In this document: piece by piece, positions 50,113 to 63,789 of the stretch
How the letters are laid out: every line of letters begins with the position of its first letter
How positions within the stretch are numbered: position 1 is the first letter of the stretch
Source: Vicugna vicugna
Taxonomy: Eukaryota
Length of the DNA stretch: 64,000 nt
Assembly (NCBI GenBank): GCA_013265495.1
Contig: MU058065.1
Span: forward strand, 5,368,976-5,432,975
Reading direction: 5' to 3'
Made by a program: the position numbers and the translations under genes
Notes under the pieces: model-generated
What the model was told of the DNA's origin: nothing
Seen by the model: only the letters and a program-made list of their open reading frames with translations
Database searches by the model: none

Positions 50113-50126
50113 GTGCCCCCTGTCGG
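50113..50126 (-). promoter_or_regulatory. candidate CTCF-binding motif
   Basis: Minus strand reads CCGACAGGGGGCAC, one mismatch to the core CCRSYAGRKGGCRS; binding not shown. Confidence 0.5.
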
Positions 50127-50269
50127 CCCCAGAATTTTGTCAGACAAACCAGCCTGGCAACCGGCTCTAAGCAGAGCAAAGGGAGTTAATGTCACTGCAG
50201 CTGGAACGCAGGAAACCTTAGCAATGATGCCAGGCAGTAAACACTGACAGAGAAGCAGAGAGGTGTGCC

Positions 50270-51260
50270 CCCCATATCCTGTTCCCTGGCCCAGCCTAAT
50301 TTCCTCCACAGCATTTATCTCCACCTGCCACATTTATATTTATTTTCATTACTTTTATTGTCTGTCTTTCCCAGCTAGACTTTTAAGTCCAGTGAGAGTA
50401 AGGCCTTTATCTGGTTTGTTCTTAATGGAATTCCAGCACCTAGAGTATTGTCTGGCATTAAGGAGGCACTCGGTAGTAACTGCTGAAGTAATTGCTGACA
50501 TTCAATCATTCAATCAAACAGTCAATCAATCAATACGCCAGGTGGTGACAAGGGCTACTGCAGAAAACAAAGCAGAGTAAACAAGATGCTGTGCTAAGAT
50601 AATGCGAAGAGTTGCAATTTCAGATAGATGGGCAGGAGGGCTTGCTAAAAATGATGTTTAAACAGAAACCTGAAGGAAGTGAGAAAATGAGCACTCACAT
50701 GTATCAGGGAAGAATGTTCCGGATGGAACAGCTGCTGCAAGGGCGGAAGCAAAGGCATGGAGCGTTTGCAGAGATCAGTGAAGCAGAGGGCAAGAGCAGA
50801 CAGCAATGGGGACCCAGAGGTACCAGAAACCAAATAAGCTGGAGCAGAGGTCAGCGGACTGGAGCCCACGGGCCATATCCAACCTACTGCCTGCTTTAAT
50901 AAATAAAGTCTTGTTGGGACAGAGCCACGCCCATTCACTTACATGTCTGTGCTGCTTTCATGCTATGGCAGAGCTGAGTAGCCGCCACAGAAATAGTGGC
51001 CCATGAAAGCCACAGTGGCCCTTTACAGAAAAAAGCGTGCCGGCGCCTGCCCTCAATCATAGAGGCCACTGTGATTGAGGACTTTTTGGCTTTTCTCGGA
51101 GGAACACGAGAAGCCATTAGGGGACTTGGAGCAGAGGAGTGACATGACCAGACTCACAATTTAGAAGGATCAGGGCAGCTGCTGTGTAAGAATAAATCGT
51201 AGGAGTGGAAGCAGGGAAATCAATTAGGAGGTGAGAAATGAAGAGGGTTTGGACTAGAAA
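50270..51260. mobile_element. L2 fragments in both orientations with a nested MER58A (50845-51049)
   Basis: L2 3' end 'ccagcacctagagtattgtctggca...ggcactcggtag'; antisense L2 'cattcaatcattcaatc...gagcagaggagtgacatgaccagactcaca'; MER58A 'cagaggtcagc...aataaagtcttgttgggacagagccacgcccattc...ccctttacagaaaaa'. Confidence 0.7.
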
Positions 51261-51959
51261 TGTAATCAGATTAGCAGATGCAGAGTCTAGTGGTTCTCAT
51301 AGCACAGGGTGAGCTGGGTGTGTTTTGTCCTCATAGATTTTGGTCCTGAGCTTCTGAGTTTATGCGAGAGAGATGAGGAGTAGTCACAAAAAATAGGCAG
51401 TTTTTCCCAAGGCAGAAGGAAAAAAAACCCACAGCAATGGTGCTAAAGGTTGCCGTGAGCTAATACCCTTTCCCAGTGATCTTTCGCTGCATAACCTGGG
51501 CTCAGGCTGGGGTCCAGGCAAGACTCTGACTCACTTCCTGGTGGTAGAAGCCATCTCAGCTGCTGCTATTCTTTCAGTGGATGTGCCTGGCTTACCCTGC
51601 CAAGGCAGACCTCAAATGGTTTGGGGTTGGGGGCACAGGTTAGAGGGGCTCAGCCAGAGGAGAGCCAGTTCTTAAGAGTGATGGCTGCTGCCCAAAGACA
51701 GGAAGTCAAAGGCTAGAAGAGGAGATGGTGCCAATAGGAGATGCTCAAAAAGAAGGTATGAGGGTCTTCCAATGAGCCTACCACCCATCTCCCTCCGCAC
51801 CCCACACTCATAGGCAGCCTCCTTTAAATAAGATATGTTTTCCCCATCACCTCTTCCTTGATGTTCTTTTAATCAGTCTTCTTTCTACCACACACGTGTT
51901 TCAGAAGGATGGGCAAGTCCAAGAGGTTTTTCTCAGTAAGATAGAAAATAAAAAGGAGT

Positions 51960-53170
51960 GTAGGAATCTGGGAGCCTCAAGCTTGTAACACATTTACTGT
52001 GTGAACCAGAGCAAGCGACTTAACCTCTCTCTGCCTCAATTCCATCACCTGGCAAATAAGAGGGATAAGAAAGCAGAGTGGTAATGAGGATTGCAAATAA
52101 CGTATAAGAAATCCCTGATGCATATCAGCAGCTATTATGGACAAGACTAGAACTGTGTGACGGAAAGGGTGAGCTTTGTTTATCAGCTGTGTAATCCTGA
52201 GAAGGACAAATAACCTCTCTGAGCTTCATAGTTTCCTTGTCTGTAAAATGAGGAAAGTACCACCTAAATCACAAGAGGAGAGATTAAATTCAGTCAGAGC
52301 AAAGAGCAGATCTAAAACTTTTAGCAAAGTGTTGGCATGGAGGGCATGCTCCAGATAGCCCAGATACCTCTATTATTTACAAAAAGTCTTGAAGTTCTGA
52401 AGTCAAGACCTTCAACAAGAGGGTAAGGAGGGAGACTGACAAGCAACCAAAAGATGTCAGGGCCACAGCAGGCCAAGGCCAAAAATAAGCAAAGGCCAAG
52501 GGGCCAGGACTGGCAGAAATCTAAGGGTGCCCACCCAGCACAGAGACACAGCCATGACTGCTGAATCCAGCTCAGCCCAGATTGTGACTGATCCCAATGA
52601 GCTCAGGTCCTGGGTTGGACCATCCTTCCCCTGCAAAATGCAGGGATGTGGGGGTGGTAAAGAGCCAAAGAAGCTGCGATAGATGATCAGGATTCCTGGG
52701 AGAGAGAGGGGATGACTCCCAGTCCCTGTCTACCCCTCCAGCTCAGGTCTCTTCACAATACCATGGACAGGTGAGTACTGCTCAGGGCCGTGCAAAGAAC
52801 AACACATGGTGAGTGTCTGTGAATTCAAATGCATGATGGAATCTGAAGACTAGAATGGATCTAGTGGGGCCAGCTGGGATTCTAGCAGAATAGCGAACAA
52901 GTTACCTACCCTCCCTGAGCATGTTTCTTCATCTGTAAGATGGGGATAAACAGTCCCTATTGACCCCTCAGGCTTAAATTGTTGTTGCGATTTAGCTAAG
53001 GTTTGAGAATAAGGAATGAATTAATTGAGACAATCTCCATCCAATGTATCACAAATCCCATCTCAGAGACAGGAAAATGGAAAGGAAGAGGTATGGCTAG
53101 ATCTCCCAAGGTCTCAGTTGGCTCCAGAGTCACTGCGGCAACCCAGACTCTTGACTCCCAACTCAAGGCA
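51960..53170. mobile_element. cluster of MIR fragments (about 51960-52140, 52170-52360 and 52840-52960 on +; 53030-53170 on -)
   Basis: Repeated MIR core motifs, e.g. 'ttaacctctctctgcctcaattccatc', 'gtttccttgtctgtaaaatgagg', 'tttcttcatctgtaagatgggg'. Confidence 0.7.
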
Positions 53171-54109
53171 TGAGACCTTCTGTCCATTGTCTCAGTTTGC
53201 TTATTAGAGTGAAAGGCTATGTGCATCTCCAGGCAGGTCAATGTGTGCTCCTGGGGAACAGGAGATGGCTGGGATCCCTATGAGACCTTGTACTGGGCCA
53301 AGATCCTGAAGGAGTGGTTTACTTGGACTCAGTGGGTGCTCTAAGGAGATGGGGCAGGAGATTGCATATGGCGCACAAAAGACATGCAGCAATGAGGGAT
53401 GAAAGAGTGTGGAGCAAGCTCAGGCTTCCTGACTCTGGCCCTCCCCCCAACCTCCCTGCCAATCTCTGAACCCCAGATAGGCCTGGAACTACCAGAGTCT
53501 GCTGAGCCCACCACTCCTTATAAGATGTACCTAAGGCACTCACCATAATGCTTACAGAGCACATAATGGGGACTCCATAAATGTCCACTTGTTAAATGAG
53601 TGAATAAATGAATGAATGAAGAAATAAATGCTGAAGCTCCAAATCTGTATGGTTGATTCCTATACACTTTAATGAATGCCTTGTCATGAAAATGACACTT
53701 TGTTATCAATCTCTAGTCTAAAGGCCGAAGGGTCTTTGGGTTCAACCCAACATGCACCATAAAATGACAGTGGCGATGGTTTCCCAGTTACTTCATGGAA
53801 TAATTGAGAGGGTCAAATGAGAATGGGCACAAACATGCTTTAAATGTAATAGGATGTACAAAAGTAACTGTGTATCAAAACAACCTGAAGTTTTCAAAAG
53901 CTTCCATGGGCCCACCTGAGGTCAAAAGGAATAACACTGCATGCTGGAGTGGACAAGATGGAGCTTTGATTCTCATGACAGGCAGGTCTCAAATGGTGCA
54001 CACAGCCTATTCGATGTCTTCCTCTCCAAAGTCCCCATCTCTCCACGCTGAGGACCAGAGTACAGCAGTAACAAACATAGTGGTAAGAGCAGCAGCAGCA
54101 GAAAGAGCA

Positions 54110-54775
54110 GCTACATTTAATGAGCACTTATGAGGTGTATGGCTCTGTGCTAAGTGCCTCTCACCATTATCTCACTAAGTCTCCAAACATCTGTTTAAGC
54201 TGAGAGTGGTAACTAGAATATTGTCCTGTAAATATTCATTTCTCACCTCCCTTGACAGCAGGAATACATTTCCCATTCTAGAGATGCGGGGTGTGGCCAT
54301 GACACCCACTTTGGCCAATGGAATGAGGGCAGAAGTGACAGTGCCTGAGTTGTAAGCCTGAGGAGGATTACAGGTTCCCAGTCAAGGGTCTAGAAGCTTC
54401 AAAACTCCACCATGAGAAGAATGTGCTTCTGGTAGCCCCTTCCTCCAGCCTATGCCCTGGAATAACCCACACGAGCAGTCCTACAACCTGGGTCTGAGGC
54501 TCACTTTTCAGCAGCCTGAAGAAGCGCTGCCCCAGGTGCCCAGCAGCACATGAGGCAGAAATAAATGCTTGCTGCTGACTGTCATTGAGATTTTGTTTGT
54601 TATGCAGCAATAGTAGAGACTATGGATAATTAATTGTATAGATGGAGAAATCAAGGCTCAGAGAGGCTAAGTAACTTACCTGAGGTCAGCCAGCATATAA
54701 AAGGCAGAAACAGCGCAGAACCCAGATCTTCCAGACAAATCAAGACCAGGTTCTCGATCCTTATACTGTCTTGCT
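54110..54775. mobile_element. MIR (-) split by a MaLR LTR (MLT1J/I-like, +, about 54205-54625)
   Basis: 'tgagcacttatgagg...ctgtgctaagtgc' and 'gatggagaaatcaaggctcagagaggctaagtaacttacctgaggtca' flank 'ttggccaatggaatgagggcagaagtgac...aataaatgcttgctg...ttgttatgcagcaatag'. Confidence 0.7.
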
Positions 54776-55699
54776 TCCTGTTTGCTGTCTAAGGAGGTAC
54801 ATTTTGTGTCAAGTTGGGTGATGAGCATAGCCAGGGCAATTGGAAGTAATGAAGTTTCTGGGTCTAGCCAGAAAGATACTATGAATCCAGAGAGGGGTTC
54901 CCTGCTCTCTTCATGAGCAGGATAGTCCCTGTGCACCCAGAAGTCTCGCCCACATCAGCTATCTTTCTCCAAGTCTGGACCCAAGGCCATGAGGGGATTC
55001 CGCAGAGGCCCCCCTAGAACCAGGGCAAGCACAGGACTCCCCACCATGCTGTAATACAATGAGCTCCCCACTGACCCTCTGACCCCCGCAGCTATGCAGG
55101 ACTATTTCAAGAGACAGCAGCAAACTCCCAATCTGCAAACCACAGCAGGAAATAATAACCAGAACATTCTGAAACAAATTTTTTTTAAGGCAGGAAAAGA
55201 TATCATCCCAACCAACCACATTTCTGGTTTTTGTGTGTCTGTCCTCACTCAGAATGACTCCTTGTGTTCCAAATGACATTTTCAATTCACAAAACTATAT
55301 TCTTCCCCACTCCTCAATTCACTTAGAAGTACACCCAGTTCTCTCCTACATGGCTCTGGGATATCATTATCTCAGTCAGAGCTTCCTTTTTCTCTCAAGA
55401 AATGGAAAATTAGTGAGGAAATGAACAAAGCAGTTGTTCATTAAATGCATTTCCCCAGAAGGGCCCAGAAACCCAGGGAACCCCTCTGACAAGTTATCCA
55501 GAATAGCAATAAAACTCTAAGCTGTGGGAGAATATGAGAAGAGGCTCAGTTTGACACACACACAGGAATGACAGGGCTCTCTGCTCTGCTGGGCTTCCCT
55601 CGCTGCCTTGGCTCACATTTCGTTCCAGCTCCAGACAACTCTTTAACCTAAGACACAGCAGCACCCTGAGCTCTCGGAAACCCCACTGTATCACCCAGG

Positions 55700-56120
55700 G
55701 ATCAAGTTGGCTGCACATAAAAATCCCACTTAACAGTGATGTGGATAAATGGGGATTATTTTCCCTCACGAAAGAAGTCCAGAGGTAGAAGTTCCCTGGC
55801 ACTGATTTGGTGGCTAAATGCATCAGGGAAAAGTTTCTGCAATTCTCTTGCTCTTTCTCTGGCTGCTCCAGCTCCAGACATTTCATAGGCATTCCAAGAA
55901 GAAAGGACAAAATAGGACTAGAAGAAGGGAGAAACAATGCCTATATTAAGAAAGCAAGATTTTCCCAGAAATCCCCAGCAAATCGCTATTTACATGTCAT
56001 CAGGCAGAACTATGCCCCGTGGCCACCTAGCTGCAGGGAATTTGGGAAATGAGGCTTTGCAGAGGAGCACACTGGTGGCCCCAACAAATTAGTACTTGAG
56101 GAAGAAGGAGAAACTGTTAC
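55700..56120 (-). mobile_element. MaLR LTR (MLT1K/L-like)
   Basis: 'agaagtccagaggtag...gctccagctccagacatttca...ggccacctagctgcagggaatttgggaaatgag'. Confidence 0.6.
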
Positions 56121-57059
56121 TCCAAAGCAGCTAGGAGTCACTGATGAACTCACCAACCAAATTTCCAGGATTGGCATCATGCGTGGCTGTGCCACCCAGA
56201 TCCAGTCCAAGGGACAGCTTCAAATTCATCCCATTCCCAAAGTTAATCACAATCTCTTTTTCTTCTTCAGTCTGAGGCATTATTTCCTAAATACTGAAGA
56301 GGTACAGGTGAAGAGAAGACAATGCAAAGCAGTATTTTTGATCTGAACATCCAGACCCCTGCTGCTGATGGGGAGATCAGAAGGAAAGGAGGCCTTGGGA
56401 TTTTTCTTTTGAGATGACATTTGTCTTTAATAGCAAATGACTTTTATATCCAGAGTAAGCCACTAACAGAATTAACCAAAGGAAAGTAACAAAAATAAAA
56501 GTCTAAGGATATGACCCTACCATCTGTTGGAAAAAGGTAATTGGGGTCCCCATATTGACAGATTTTTCTGGATTATCTGGAAGAGTTTTTCAGAAGCCAA
56601 GCAAATTGCCTTGGTGGAGCTGCCCTGCACCCCACTGCCATTAATGCTTTGATGCAGTGGGATAAGGATTTCAAAATGCAAATGACTGTAAATGGATAAT
56701 GACTAACGCGACCAAGAAAAGGAAGTGCTGCTCTGACTGCTGAAAGAGCAGAAGGTAGTAATTCACTGAGCGCCACCATCACTCACCCCCACGTAGGAAA
56801 GCCAGCACTAGGATCACAGTATAATGAGGAGGAGGAAGGCGGGGGGCATGTCAACTCTGGGTGTATCTCTCTGCACTCCTAGGAGATGGTTTCACTGACA
56901 GAAGATAGAGATGTTCATCACGCCCCAAATAAAATGAACTTACAGAGAACACTTTGGTGAATGCTAAGTACCCAGGAAGACTGAATTTCTACATATTTTA
57001 TGAACTCTGGGAAAGAGCTTGCCTGAGAGACTTGCTCTGCTGCAGCAGGGTCTGGGGTC

Positions 57060-57530
57060 TGTCTGAGTCAACTTTTGCTGAATAAGAAACCACCCTGACA
57101 TGTTTTGGTGGCAGGACAACATTTATTAGTGCTCTCACATCTATGGGTCTACTGGTTCTGCTGACCTGGGCCAGGCTCAGCTGATCTTCGTTGAACTCGC
57201 TTTGCAACTAATGCCAGCAGATTGACTAGGGTTAGCCTGTCACATGTCTGGTCACTGGTCAGCTGTTGGCTGGGTGATGGGGGTGACTGGGACATGTGAC
57301 TCTCATTCCCCAGGAGGCTAGCCCGGGCTTGTTCATGTGCTGGTCAAAAGTTCCAAGAACAGCAACAGAGGGAAAGTCCCAATGTGTATGCACTTTTCAA
57401 GTCAATGTTAGCATGACAATTGCTATTTGGACATTGCTTTTTGCAATGGCCGAAGCAAACCAGAATCATTGTGGGAGGGGACCACCCAAGGGTGTAGATA
57501 CAGGGAGGCATAAAGGCATTCAGACGTAAT
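57060..57530 (-). mobile_element. MaLR LTR (MLT1G/H-like)
   Basis: 'catttattagtgctctcacatctatggg...caggaggctagcccgggcttgttcatg...aagggtgtagatacagggagg'. Confidence 0.65.
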
Positions 57531-59042
57531 AATGCATCACAGGCTTAATATCTCTTTAACATCTATCCAACACTTGCTAACCCCTTTAGTGAATTAAAAA
57601 CTAGAATTCAGGTTCAGAGAATTAGTATCTAATTAGAAGTTAATACCACTGCTTTATTTTCAGCTTATTTATTTTATGGTTAGCCTGTATTCATGTCAAA
57701 TGAGTCTTCATTCCTAGTAGTGATACAGTCTCCTTTTTAAGTAAATTTATGATTTTTCCAAGAGTTATTTTCAAGAAAATAAATAATAACAGAGTTGGCT
57801 CATATATATTACAAAATCATGACACGTAATGACCAAAACTTGGGAAACACTGGACCAAGTCACGTCCAAGGTCACTGCACCTGCTCTACAACATGTTGAA
57901 AGTGGGGAGGGGGGAGGCCATGTCTCCAGAAAACATGGCAGAATTCTGAGATCAACATGTCACCATTCATTAAAATAGTCTCACTGGTTTTGAAGGACCT
58001 GACTTTTCACAGTTTGCAGCAATGAACTGAAGAGTAAAGATCAACTGGTTGGGACCAATTCTAATCAGGTTGTGCAGTCGGCCCTGGAACTATACTCATC
58101 CCACAGACTCATGTTGGTGCTGACACACCAGGATGGTTCAGCCATGTAATTAAACATAAGAGGATAGAACAACACAAAGGTTGATCACCACTGGACCTCA
58201 GACCCTGATCATATCCCCATTAAAGAAGTTACAGGAGAGTTGGAGCCATAATAGGGGCAATAATTTGGGAGTAACATATAGATTTAGGTGATCATCTGAA
58301 GGGGGTGACATTTGTTTGGGTCATTTCTAGAGTTCACTTAAATCAAATCCTGCTCACTGTCGTATCTGTTCGCAAATACAGGCAACAAATCAGATCTCCA
58401 ATCTACCCATACATATGCCCACACAAATATTTTACCCCAAAAATAGTGTCTTTTACTTCCCAAATATCCTGGTAGAAGTCTACCTAAGAGATGAGGCATT
58501 TGACCCCAACTCAAGGGAACAAAAGAGAAACTCTTCCTGGAGGCTCTATTCTAATTCTCAGAATGCAAAGCACCGTCTGTCATGTGGTCCAGGTAGACAA
58601 CGTACCTCCTAGTAGCGCACATACAGCACAGGTAACCACACATGGAAGATTTTAAAGATACTTTTAAAACACACATCCTACATATGCAGCCAGTTCATAA
58701 ATTCCACACACAATTTCAGTTCCAATGTGCAATTTCCATAATAATCATTAGTTTCTCCCTTCCACGTATAATCAAGAGTTTCACATATGATGTCAATTCC
58801 ATAGTATCAAAAATTTTCCCCTTCTAAATATAAAAGAAAACAACAATAAAAACCTAAGCCAAACAGCAGCTGCTGTAGCTGAGTCCATGGCAATAAAATA
58901 GTAACTATTATTTTAGTATGCAGTCCTAAGCAAATAAAAGATGGAAAAACAAAGTAGTAGATGCCTTTTACAGCAAATCAACAAAGTGCCCAGATCACCC
59001 CAAATCCATAGGTATAGATGCAGCAAATCAAACTGAAATAAC

Positions 59043-59487
59043 TGTCAAGCCTGGGATTTGACTTTACCTTACAGACAAGCTAATAAGTTAGCTGGTTACT
59101 GCTTCGTGGATGCTGGCAGAAGACGTGAGATTTCTGGGTTAGAGACAAAAGATTTTATTCCTCATGGCCCAGCAACAAACTAGAGCATCATCCTGTGAGT
59201 CAGTTCCCCTTGCCCACAGGTCCCACTGGAGTAAAGCTGTGGGCCCAGATGGATGCTGTGCACACAGTGGGTTTGCAACCCAGATAAGGACCACTAGGAC
59301 CATGCTATCTTCTAGTAAGCAGTAAGCAAACCTGTTCTTTATCCCAAAGAGAGACATTACCATACCCCTCAGTGTACTCACGGTAAACACAACCCTGAGA
59401 AATGGTCCAGGTAACGAACAGAGATTTGCATATCCAGCAAAAAGTACAGGGACATTCAGAGCCCATGGCCAACTGCCTCTCCCAACG
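59043..59487 (-). mobile_element. ERVL-class LTR (MER54/MER74-like)
   Basis: 'caagctaataagttagc...ggatgctggcagaagacgtgagatttctgggttagagacaaaagattttattcctca' resembles the end of this LTR group; exact family uncertain. Confidence 0.6.
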
Positions 59488-61084
59488 ATAAGTAGTTCTT
59501 GATTGTTAAAGTGAGCTATTTGCGGTAAGAACAAGCCTGCAGCCAGTATAGACATCCTGAGACATCATGTGCCATCCACCCACTTTAATGAAGAATCAAA
59601 CCCAGGACAGCACGTGTGTTCATACTTTCCTCAGCTGTGTTTTGGAAAACATGTGGACAAAACCATCTTTGTAAATCAACTCATATTTTAAACATCCTGG
59701 AAGAAAAACCCGTAAGTGAATCCTTTCATAATGGAAATACCCATCCCCTAATCCATCTGTTTATAAATTTGTGGGGTTATAAATATTGGATTTTCTTAAA
59801 GCAAGCCATACCCATCCTGGTGAAACCCTGCCATTTGTAGTAAGTTGTGGTGAATTACAAAGAGCAAATCTTTCAAGCGTGTCTGATTTGACCACACCCA
59901 TATAAACACTCATTGACAAAATAGATCCCATCCCAAATTCAAAACTACATCTGTTTTCTTCTTTAAAACTTCCCCATAACTATTTTTATATGCCTCAGTT
60001 CCTGGGCCAAGCCCGACACGGCTGCTTTGGGTGGATGATCTTATTTGTTGGAATTCAAAGCTGTTAGTAAAGCAATCTCCCTGCACCCGATGCTTCTAAT
60101 GCCCGACTCAAGCACAAATTAGCAGGGTTGCAATGAAAGACCTCCAGAATTTGCATTCTATGTCTAGTCTCTTTTCTTATATATTTTTGACCAAGATTTA
60201 ATCCCTCTAGTCCCCCTACTCCCACCAAGAATAAGTCATTCCCTCACTGCTAAGAATTTGGAAATTCCACCACTGTTGCTCAGAGCAATATGGCAAAGCT
60301 ATGGGACTTTCCGGGAAGAAAAATGTCTGCTTTTCCCTTTACTAGATTACATTCCATAAACGTATGAACCACAGGCAGCAGCAGTGAAGTCGGGTCAAAG
60401 TGACATAAAATAAGATTTCTCTGCCATACAAGAAAAACAAAAACACTAATAACAAGAAAGAGAATTTAGAGTACTTGCCAATGCTTCATAATAGTCCTCC
60501 AGGAATCCACGGAACAGAGCTAAGAACACAGAAAGTACAAAATAAATTTTCTTGAAAATAAGAACACATCTTATTTGGTATAATCTAATACCAACTCTTA
60601 TATTGGTAAAACATTTTTCTGACTTGTAAAAGAATTCACATGAACCCTTTCATTAAATGATCAGCACAACCTTCTGAGGAAGGGTAGGCAAAACACTTGA
60701 GTCAAAAGCAAGTCAAAAAACTGACTTTCTTTTATGGTACCTGAACTGACCCTTAGGCCTTTGGCCTTTCTGGCTGGCATTTGACGTTACCACCTATGCC
60801 TGGAGAGGAACCAAAATAACCAATATATAGTTCATTGCCCTCTCTACAGGTACACAGATGGTCACTCAAGTGTCTAACACCACAGGGGATATAAAAAGAA
60901 AGTCGAAATTGGAAGCACACTTCTGCCTTCCAGGACTCAAGACACATGGATGAAAGTGAATCTGCCCCCTAGCTCAGTGCCTTACCCAGCAGGGTTCAGG
61001 GGCGACCATGCCTATGATTTTGCTGTAATTTTTACTCTAATATTGCCTCTCAACAACCTAATTTGTTGGTTCTTATGACTTTTT

Positions 61085-61210
61085 TTGGTGGGGGGAGCTA
61101 ATTAGGTTTATTTATTTACTTATTCTTAGAGGAGGTACTGAAATGGATTGAACCCAGGACCTCATGCATACTAAGCATGCACTCTACCACTTAAGCTATA
61201 CCCTCCCTCC
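61085..61210 (-). mobile_element. tRNA-Ala-derived camelid SINE (vic-1 type)
   Basis: Reverse complement 'gggagggtatagcttaagtggtagagtgcatgcttagtatgcatgaggtcctgggttcaatcc'; perfect TSD tcttatgacttttt (61071-61084 and 61211-61224). Confidence 0.9.
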
Positions 61211-61847
61211 TCTTATGACTTTTTGATAACAAAACTCTGAGAGGTCTTCCCAAACTCTACTAGATGCCAGAAAACTGTAAACTCCACAAACAGGTACAGA
61301 TTTTGAGCTATTGAAAGAAGAGGTCACAAGAGCTTTCAGCTGAAGAGAGGAGGTGGGCGGAATGGAGGCAAGACTAGGGGACTCTGGCAACACCATGTGA
61401 TACCATAGAAAAAGACTGGGTTTAAGCATTAAATAGAATTGCTTAACTAACTATGCGTACTTATTTAGCATCTCTGAGCCTCCTTTTGTCATCTGGAAAA
61501 CTGAGCTAGCAATACATACCTCCGATGACTGTTAGGAGTGTTAACAGTGATTGAATGTGTTTGATATACAATAGGGTTTCTTGTTGCTGATTTTGGTGTG
61601 TGAGTGCATCGTCCTTGAGGGGACAAATCGTATCTCAGTCACCTTTGTACGTCCAACATCTATCAGAGTATGTGGAACATGGTAAGCTCTCAACACAGAA
61701 AGCAGGCCTCACAGGGAAGGCAGAGCTTGAGTCAGAGAAGTATTCAGTGACGTGTCGGGTTTGAGGAGTGAGGGTAAACGCAATCTCATGAAAGATACAG
61801 AGAAACTTTAGGACCTCAACCTCAAAGCTGATGCCCTGACTCTAGGA

Positions 61848-62124
61848 CACAGGTCAGCAAACCTTTTCTGGAAAAAGCCAGATAATAAATATTTTAAGTT
61901 TTCTGGGCCATCAGGTCTCTGTCACAATTACTTTGCCACTATAGAGTGAAAGCAGTCCCAGACAAGAGGACACAAAGGAACAGGGCTGTGATCCAATAAG
62001 ACTTTGTTTATAGACACTGAGTTTTTGAATTTAATATCGTTTTACCAATTCTTAGCTTGGGGTTGTAAAAAAACAGGTGGCCGGTCGGATACGATCCTTG
62101 GGCCATAGCTGTTTCCGACCCCTG
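61848..62124. mobile_element. MER58B-like hAT MITE
   Basis: 'caggtcagcaaaccttttctg...gccagataataaatatttt...caggtggccggtcggat...tttccgacccctg'; preceded by ctctagga. Confidence 0.8.
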
Positions 62125-62206
62125 CAATGGTGAACCAACCCAGGAACACTCTGCACACTCACCATCCCTACAGCTGAATCCGCAAAAAGCCCCTGCCTAT
62201 GCTTCC

Positions 62207-62642
62207 TGTAATAGTGCCTGATGGCTGCTGTAACAAATTCCACAACACAATTGATCCTCTTAGAGTTTCAGTGGTCTGAATGGAACATGAGTCTCATGGG
62301 CTAAAATCAAGGTGTCAACAGGTGTGGTTCCCTCTGAAGGGTCCAGGGGAGAATTCTTTCCTTGTTTCTTCTGGCTTTCAGAGGCTATGGCATCTGTGGC
62401 CATAGCCCTCCAATTTCTCTTCTGTTGTCACATCACCTTCTCTGAGTCTGACCTCCTGCCTCTCTCTTAGAAAGAACTTTGTGACTCCATTGGGCTGGAT
62501 AATCCAAGATATTCCCTCCATCTCAAAAGCCATAACTTAATCCCATCTGCAAAGTCCCTTCTGTCATGGAAGGTAACGTATCTGCAGGTTCCTGAGATTC
62601 GGATGTAGACATCTTGGGGGGGGCTCTTCTTCAGCCCACCCA
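62207..62642 (-). mobile_element. MaLR LTR (MLT1C/D-like)
   Basis: 'ggctgctgtaacaaattccac...gggctaaaatcaaggtgtca...ggataatccaagatattccctccatctcaa...acatcttggggggggc'. Confidence 0.85.
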
Positions 62643-63789
62643 ACTCTCAGGCTTTCACAGGGTCAGTGCATTCAAAGAGAAAGTGCCACCACTTAACATA
62701 TGGACTGGTGTCCATGCAAAGAGTGTGACTTCCCTTCCTCTCCTCTGCCTACAGACCAAGAGGAAAGCTGAGGTCAATACTGTCCCAACTTCACCTCTTT
62801 AACCTTGCCCTATGAATCATGACCATTAAATGAGACACTGCTCCGGGAAGTAATGCAAACGAAAATAACTCCTCCACCTGAGAAAACCCTCGCAGTATCG
62901 GCCTTGTTTCCCTCTGAGTTATTTTTAGAGTTACACAAATTCTACTCAAAGGCATACTAGAGATTTGCTTTCAGCCTCTTATCTATGCCAGCACAGACAA
63001 TTGCATTATACCTAAGAGAATTAATGTGATTTAATTATATTATATTTGGTGGTAGTTTAATATCAAACTTCTTTTGTATAAGAAATTATTTCTTGTGAAG
63101 TTAAGCTCACTTATTATGCTCATTCTTTATTCATTAAACTCATTAAGATCAGTGGGAATTGCTTATAAATAACTATACTATTGATTCAAAACATAGCAGA
63201 TAAGTGAGGATATTCTAAGAGTGTGAGAGCATAATGCTTCTGAGTTATTTTCTGGGGAATTCATATATTGGGAATCTATGTGCAGCGTACTTTCCCCAAA
63301 ATAGCTGACACACCTCTTCTCTCTTCTCTTATGGAGGGTAACTGGATCATAAACAGGCTGTTATCTTTCTCAGGAATCTATTAAAAGGAGCCAAAGCCTG
63401 GGCCACCACATATGGTTGTACAGGTTGTTCACTGCACAAGGGCACCCACCAAAGAGAAGTGGGGCTGAAATCTGGCCCAAGCTCTGCTCCCAAACTGTAC
63501 GCCCTGGCACAGGGCTATCACATAAAGTGACTGTATGCCCAAGAGTTCATGCAGCCCCACTTTCAAGGAGGTATCTTTTTCTACTTTGCAAAGGCACTCC
63601 ATGGACCAGCAGAGGCCCTGGTTGAAATCCACCTGGGAGAGCTTAAGCAAAGAGTGGAAATTTATTGCAAGGTTACAGATTCACTTCTTGGGACTCAAGA
63701 ACAAGAGGTACAGTAGCTATCAGGTGGGACTAGAACAAAAAATAGAAAGCTGTCAGGAGAGGGAGGTAATAACTAAATAAATCAATATT

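Noticed and set aside
52742..52770. 29-nt plus-strand micro-exon candidate with a perfect CAG|gtgagt donor
   Set aside because: Acceptor only moderate, flanked by MIR fragments, and no supporting context.
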